DNA of 64,000 bases from Phoronis australis. Its lineage: Eukaryota; Animalia; Phoronida. Below are positions 60,601 through 64,000 of this stretch, piece by piece. The notes beneath the pieces are model-generated. The model was not told the origin of the DNA. It saw only the letters and a list, made by a program, of their open reading frames with translations, and searched no databases. Position 1 is the first letter of the stretch, and every line of letters starts with the position of its first letter. Location: NCBI GenBank assembly GCA_002633005.1, contig NMRA01000689.1:124001-188000 (forward strand). Direction: 5' to 3'. The translations under genes were made by a program, and so were the position numbers.

Positions 60601-62192
60601 TTCAAAAGTCTATGAAAATGCATCACTGCAGCTGACAAAGTCAGGGACAACGTATTCGGTTAGACCATTTCCACTTGCTATCATTCCTCCGATTTCATAC
60701 TTTTTTACAGAAATAAGCCGTGGTGACGTGGTGTTCCGGAGGAACAACTATCTGTGTTTTATGGACACTATTGTTTGGGGTACAATCATGAAACAACCCG
60801 ACTCGAGACTGTATCGGCGACGGAACCGAGTAGGAATCGTGCGTCAATGTAAGATACATTTTATTGCACTACATTTGCCTTGTCAAGCGCCCAATTTTAC
60901 CAATTTTTATTGAACTTTTTACAGACAGACGAAAATCATGGGTGCTTATTGCGAAGCAGAGTTTATGCCACGGTAGGGCTACGAAGTGAGACAATTATTT
61001 TAATTGGTTACTTTTTACCGAGTTCCGCTCTAGCGAACATCCGGCAAAGGCACTTTCGAGAGACAAATTATAGAATATTGTTTTTCAACAACACCACTTT
61101 GCTTTGCAGTGTTAAAGTTTGTGCAACAAAATTATGCAAAAACGATCTGATGGTAGAATTAAGATACCGTTTTGGCGAGGTGCACAGGATGATACAACCG
61201 TAATTATTTATTTGATTGGTTTTAAGTGATTATGTGTGTCGGTTGCAAGAATGTAATAGGGAAAATTAATCTTAATTGTTTTATTTTTTGGGCAAAATTT
61301 CTCTCACCAAATTACAGATGATTCAAGGTCACTGCCATTTCGAAGAAATTGCTTTCGTGGAACTATTTCATACTGAGTGACACAGCTGCTTTCATCTTCA
61401 TACTCAAAGCATTGCTTTTACGCTATGATTTATTAGTATAGCACAGTAAATATTTTCAACGAGAATTTTCAGAGCCACTCGCATGTCGCGTTTTTTCACG
61501 AAGAAAACGTGATATTTCTCGAATATATCGTAATGGATAGAGGATGTGATGTGTTTCACCTAACATACATGTATGTCCAACGGCAAATCGAACGTGTTTT
61601 AATTAGCGACGGAATCACATGTTTTCATTTACCAATGCATTTTTGGCATTTTTCACCTTACTTTAATATGTCTGATCTGACACATTATGTCTCATTGTAT
61701 CAATTTCAACCCCTTAATTCCAATTTTGGCCCATTTTGTCTATTTGCACTAGGCAGGTCCATTTCATCCTTAAATCCATTTCCACTCGTTGTGTAGGTTT
61801 TATCCGTTAGAATAATTGTATTTCAAAAAGGGGTATTAAAACGGTTATTAATTCCGTTTCGATAAATTATGCTGAATTCAATGGAAGTAATGGGTCAAAA
61901 CATGGGCGGCGCAGCACTGAAAAAAGTGGGGGGCTAAAGACCCCTCAGCCCATGCAAATTGAGTTACGAAATTTGGTGAGTTACTGTGTTCTATTCAAGC
62001 TCTTGAATTCTCCTTCACAGGCAGCCATAAAAAGAAGTCTAACCTACCGTTGACCTTCCCAGCCATTAGACACATGGTAATTCATGAAGTTTTCTATTTT
62101 TAGGTGGGTCATGCGCTTACAAATGCCACGATCATTGCTGGGGTGAAGGCGACAACATGTGCCAGGCCAACCCCTACTTCTACAGCTATTAG
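48379..62192 (+). CDS. Secreted EGFR/ErbB-like single receptor-L-domain protein (no TM, no kinase), 4 exons, ~282 aa
   Basis: Exons 48379-48649, 59828-60178, 60711-60848, 62104-62192; three phase-1 GT-AG introns, 849 nt ending in TAG. EGFR domain I motifs [60 protein letters not shown], then C..C...C...CWG.G...CQ. Confidence 0.78.
51410..51618. repeat. Compound microsatellite (GATG)n-(GACA/GGCA)n
   Basis: Direct reading. Confidence 0.95.
53989..54144. mobile_element. GGCGGATCC-TIR MITE (homologous to 56835-56964)
   Basis: CAGTGGCGGATCCAGGATTTT...GGGCAGAGT.TT.GCCAG.ATTTTGCCC.TCAGACATTC...TAAATCCGCCC. Confidence 0.75.
54146..54291. mobile_element. Two tandem ~70-bp CATGGGCG...CGCCCATG mini-elements
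   Basis: CATGGGC.GCGCAGC.CTGAAAAAAGTGG..CTATAGC...TGGTG..CCGCCCAT; further copies at 57438-57511 and 61901-61954. Confidence 0.7.
54320..54590. repeat. (CAC/CAT)-rich low-complexity tract
   Basis: CACCACCAC/CATCAC runs (also 53815-53950). Confidence 0.7.
55525..55816. mobile_element. TTAA-type MITE, family copy 3 (complete, 292 bp)
   Basis: TTAA|AGTTGCATTTCG ... CGAAATGCAGCT|TTAA: 12-bp TIR (11/12) and TTAA target duplication. Confidence 0.8.
56835..56964. mobile_element. GGCGGATCC-TIR MITE
   Basis: CAGGGGCGGATCCAGG ... TAAACCCGCCACTG; internal match to the 53989 copy. Confidence 0.75.
57438..57511. mobile_element. CATGGGCG mini-element copy
   Basis: CATGGGCGACG..CTGAAAAAGTGGGGGCTATAGC...TATGGTGCGC. 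Confidence 0.6.
57979..58769. repeat. ~395-bp tandem duplication centred on a single N
   Basis: 57979-58373 vs 58375-58769, few substitutions. Confidence 0.92.
59828..60178 (+). CDS. EGFR-like receptor L domain exon
   Basis: CNGTNTKL...[16 protein letters not shown]...[19 protein letters not shown]...[10 protein letters not shown]...[10 protein letters not shown]. Confidence 0.93.
60711..60848 (+). CDS. EGFR-like L domain exon (C-terminal part)
   Basis: ttacag|[27 protein letters not shown]...|gtaaga. Confidence 0.92.
61901..61954. mobile_element. CATGGGCG mini-element copy (internally deleted)
   Basis: CATGGGCGGCGCAGCACTGAAAAAAGTGGGGGGCTA...GCCCATG. Confidence 0.6.
62104..62192 (+). CDS. 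EGFR-like terminal exon: first furin-like Cys module then stop
   Basis: ttttag|[32 protein letters not shown]. Confidence 0.85.
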
Positions 62193-62911
62193 ATTACGGA
62201 GAGATGGTTCAAATCGCATACCAGCCTCTGCTACAACCTTGATTCGCCATGTGTCATGAACATATTGCATAACGGTACAGATCTGTCGGACATTTTCTGA
62301 CTCAATGCATGTTGCCCACCTGTAACATAACTTGAAAAAAATACATGTTCAATTGCCATGCCAGCTTACGATGCCACGACATGTTGCCGATGGCTGGCCA
62401 CTGTACAGACACACGGAAGTGTGGCGGATGACACGAAACTGAAGACCGTGAACGTACGTTAATAGCAACACGGTGGCTGAACATTACGAACAAATTGTCT
62501 TTTCACAAAGAGAAAAGTTTTAGTTGTAAAAGTTTACTATTGGTCTATGGGTGACGTAGAGTTTTGAGGCTTTTTCCGAAAACACACATAAGTACACTTG
62601 TATTTGTGCGCACATGCACAAGCGTGCATGCATTGCTTAGCCGGCTAGTCTTATGTTTAGATAGTGTGATTAATTAAAAACGTGTCCGCCCTTGTCTGTA
62701 TTCTGCAAGTCGGTTCCCGCTTAGAAATTATTTGGGAATACATACGGCTTGCATAGTAGACTCTAAACATTTACGCAGAATATGCAAAAATAATAAGTAA
62801 TATGTATATTTCCAGACACAATCATATAGTTTTACGTTGGGTTTTATAATGTGTATTTATTTTTGTGAAGTAATATATTTTGAAATCTCTATGGTGTAAA
62901 TGGAAGTTTGG

Positions 62912-62917
62912 AATAAA
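62912..62917 (+). terminator. Putative polyadenylation signal of the EGFR-like gene
   Basis: AATAAA ~720 nt after the TAG, followed by a GT/T-rich tract (ttttgtttcctgtgtctttgtc). Confidence 0.5.
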
Positions 62918-64000
62918 GCTACATATTTTGTTTCCTGTGTCTTTGTCTTTTCAGAGAAGCGGTAAACAATTCATTGGGCTTTTATTTTAAAACCGATTAT
63001 TGTGTTTTAGAAACTATTGAACTGGAAACAAAATTTTAAAAACGTTTATCATTTGATAAACAACGAGCAATCATCTTGTAGAGGCGTAATCTTGCAAAAA
63101 GTCAATCAAAAACTATAATTATATTGACCAAAACTGTTCGCCCAAAGGCACTGTTTCTGAGCATGAACCAAAGACCTAATTTTGTTTGAGTGCAACGCAA
63201 AAACACCATTTTTTCTCATAACCCATGTATTATGTTTTAGTCTGCATTAATAGTTGGATTTTGCGTGTTGACTAAGAACAGGTTCATGCCGTGATAGCTG
63301 TTGTTATTGCTAATTGCACTATTTTGGTGGAGGCGTTTATTTCCAAATTGCCTGTTTTCCAATCTTCAATTTTCGGCAAACACTTCCGCATTCCCTAGAC
63401 GTTGTTAAACTCGGATTGGATGATTGCCATGCCTGTCGTGTCAGCCTACAATACTGGCACGTAATAGCGCCTTCTCATTGGCCGGAATGTATGCTTGATG
63501 ATCTTTACCTAGTTGTCATGCGCCCAGAAGCAGTGGTCTCAGTTGCGCGATGAAATTTGAAAGGTCGTATATGACTATACCGCACCCCTGTAACAAAAAT
63601 GTTATGTAGAACGAATCGAGTTTTCCCGCCTTAAAAAGTTTTCTCGCATCCCATCGGCATTAGTCATTATAAAGTTTGGCGAACTACTCGAAAACGAGGC
63701 CATTCGGTCATAATTTTAGCATACTAAGCTATTGTCTCCCATTTCTCTCATTTCTGTATTTTACAGACCAATGTTTATTCGTTTTGATTGAGGCCAGAAC
63801 AGAAGCACGAACTTTAAAATTGGCCCGTAAGTAAATAACGACATATCTATCCACCGTTTCGGTTTATTACTCTAAAACATTCTCATTACCTCAATAGAAA
63901 CATTGGTTCATTTGAGCTCCAACTGTTGTGATTTCTGGTCTTTTTCCCCTCACAATGCATTTGACGTGTACCTGTACAGTCTCCTCTTTACCTGTGTCGC

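Noticed and set aside
59828-62192. Insulin receptor or full-length EGFR annotation
   Set aside because: Motifs (C.GT..KL, GNLEL, IREVTGY) are EGFR-type, not InR-type, and the frame stops after one Cys module, so the EGFR symbol was not assigned

Overview
Eukaryotic (animal, invertebrate-bilaterian-like, AT-rich, draft heterozygous assembly) genomic DNA with three spliced + strand genes, reconstructed by hand from splice sites and reading-frame phase. (1) Most of a PDZ-GEF gene (RAPGEF2/6, fly dizzy): 24 exons at 1592-20302, cNMP-like/REM/PDZ/RA/RasGEF domains, C-terminal EQVSAV; the 5' end is uncertain. (2) A complete sialate O-acetylesterase (SIAE) gene: 9 exons at 22937-38717, about 525 aa, probably with one GC-AG intron. 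(3) An unusual 4-exon gene at 48379-62192 encoding a ~282-aa secreted, strongly basic protein: signal peptide, pro-like segment, one EGFR-type L domain and one Cys module, then a stop, with no transmembrane or kinase region (candidate EGFR-derived decoy). Other signals: candidate frame-preserving alternative micro-exons in the PDZ-GEF RA domain, candidate alternative first exons, a multi-hairpin GC-rich intronic structure, several MITE families, a tandem array carrying CTCF-like motifs, mini/microsatellites, and four tandem duplications centred on single Ns that are probably assembly artefacts. No database searches were run; family calls rest on recognised motifs.
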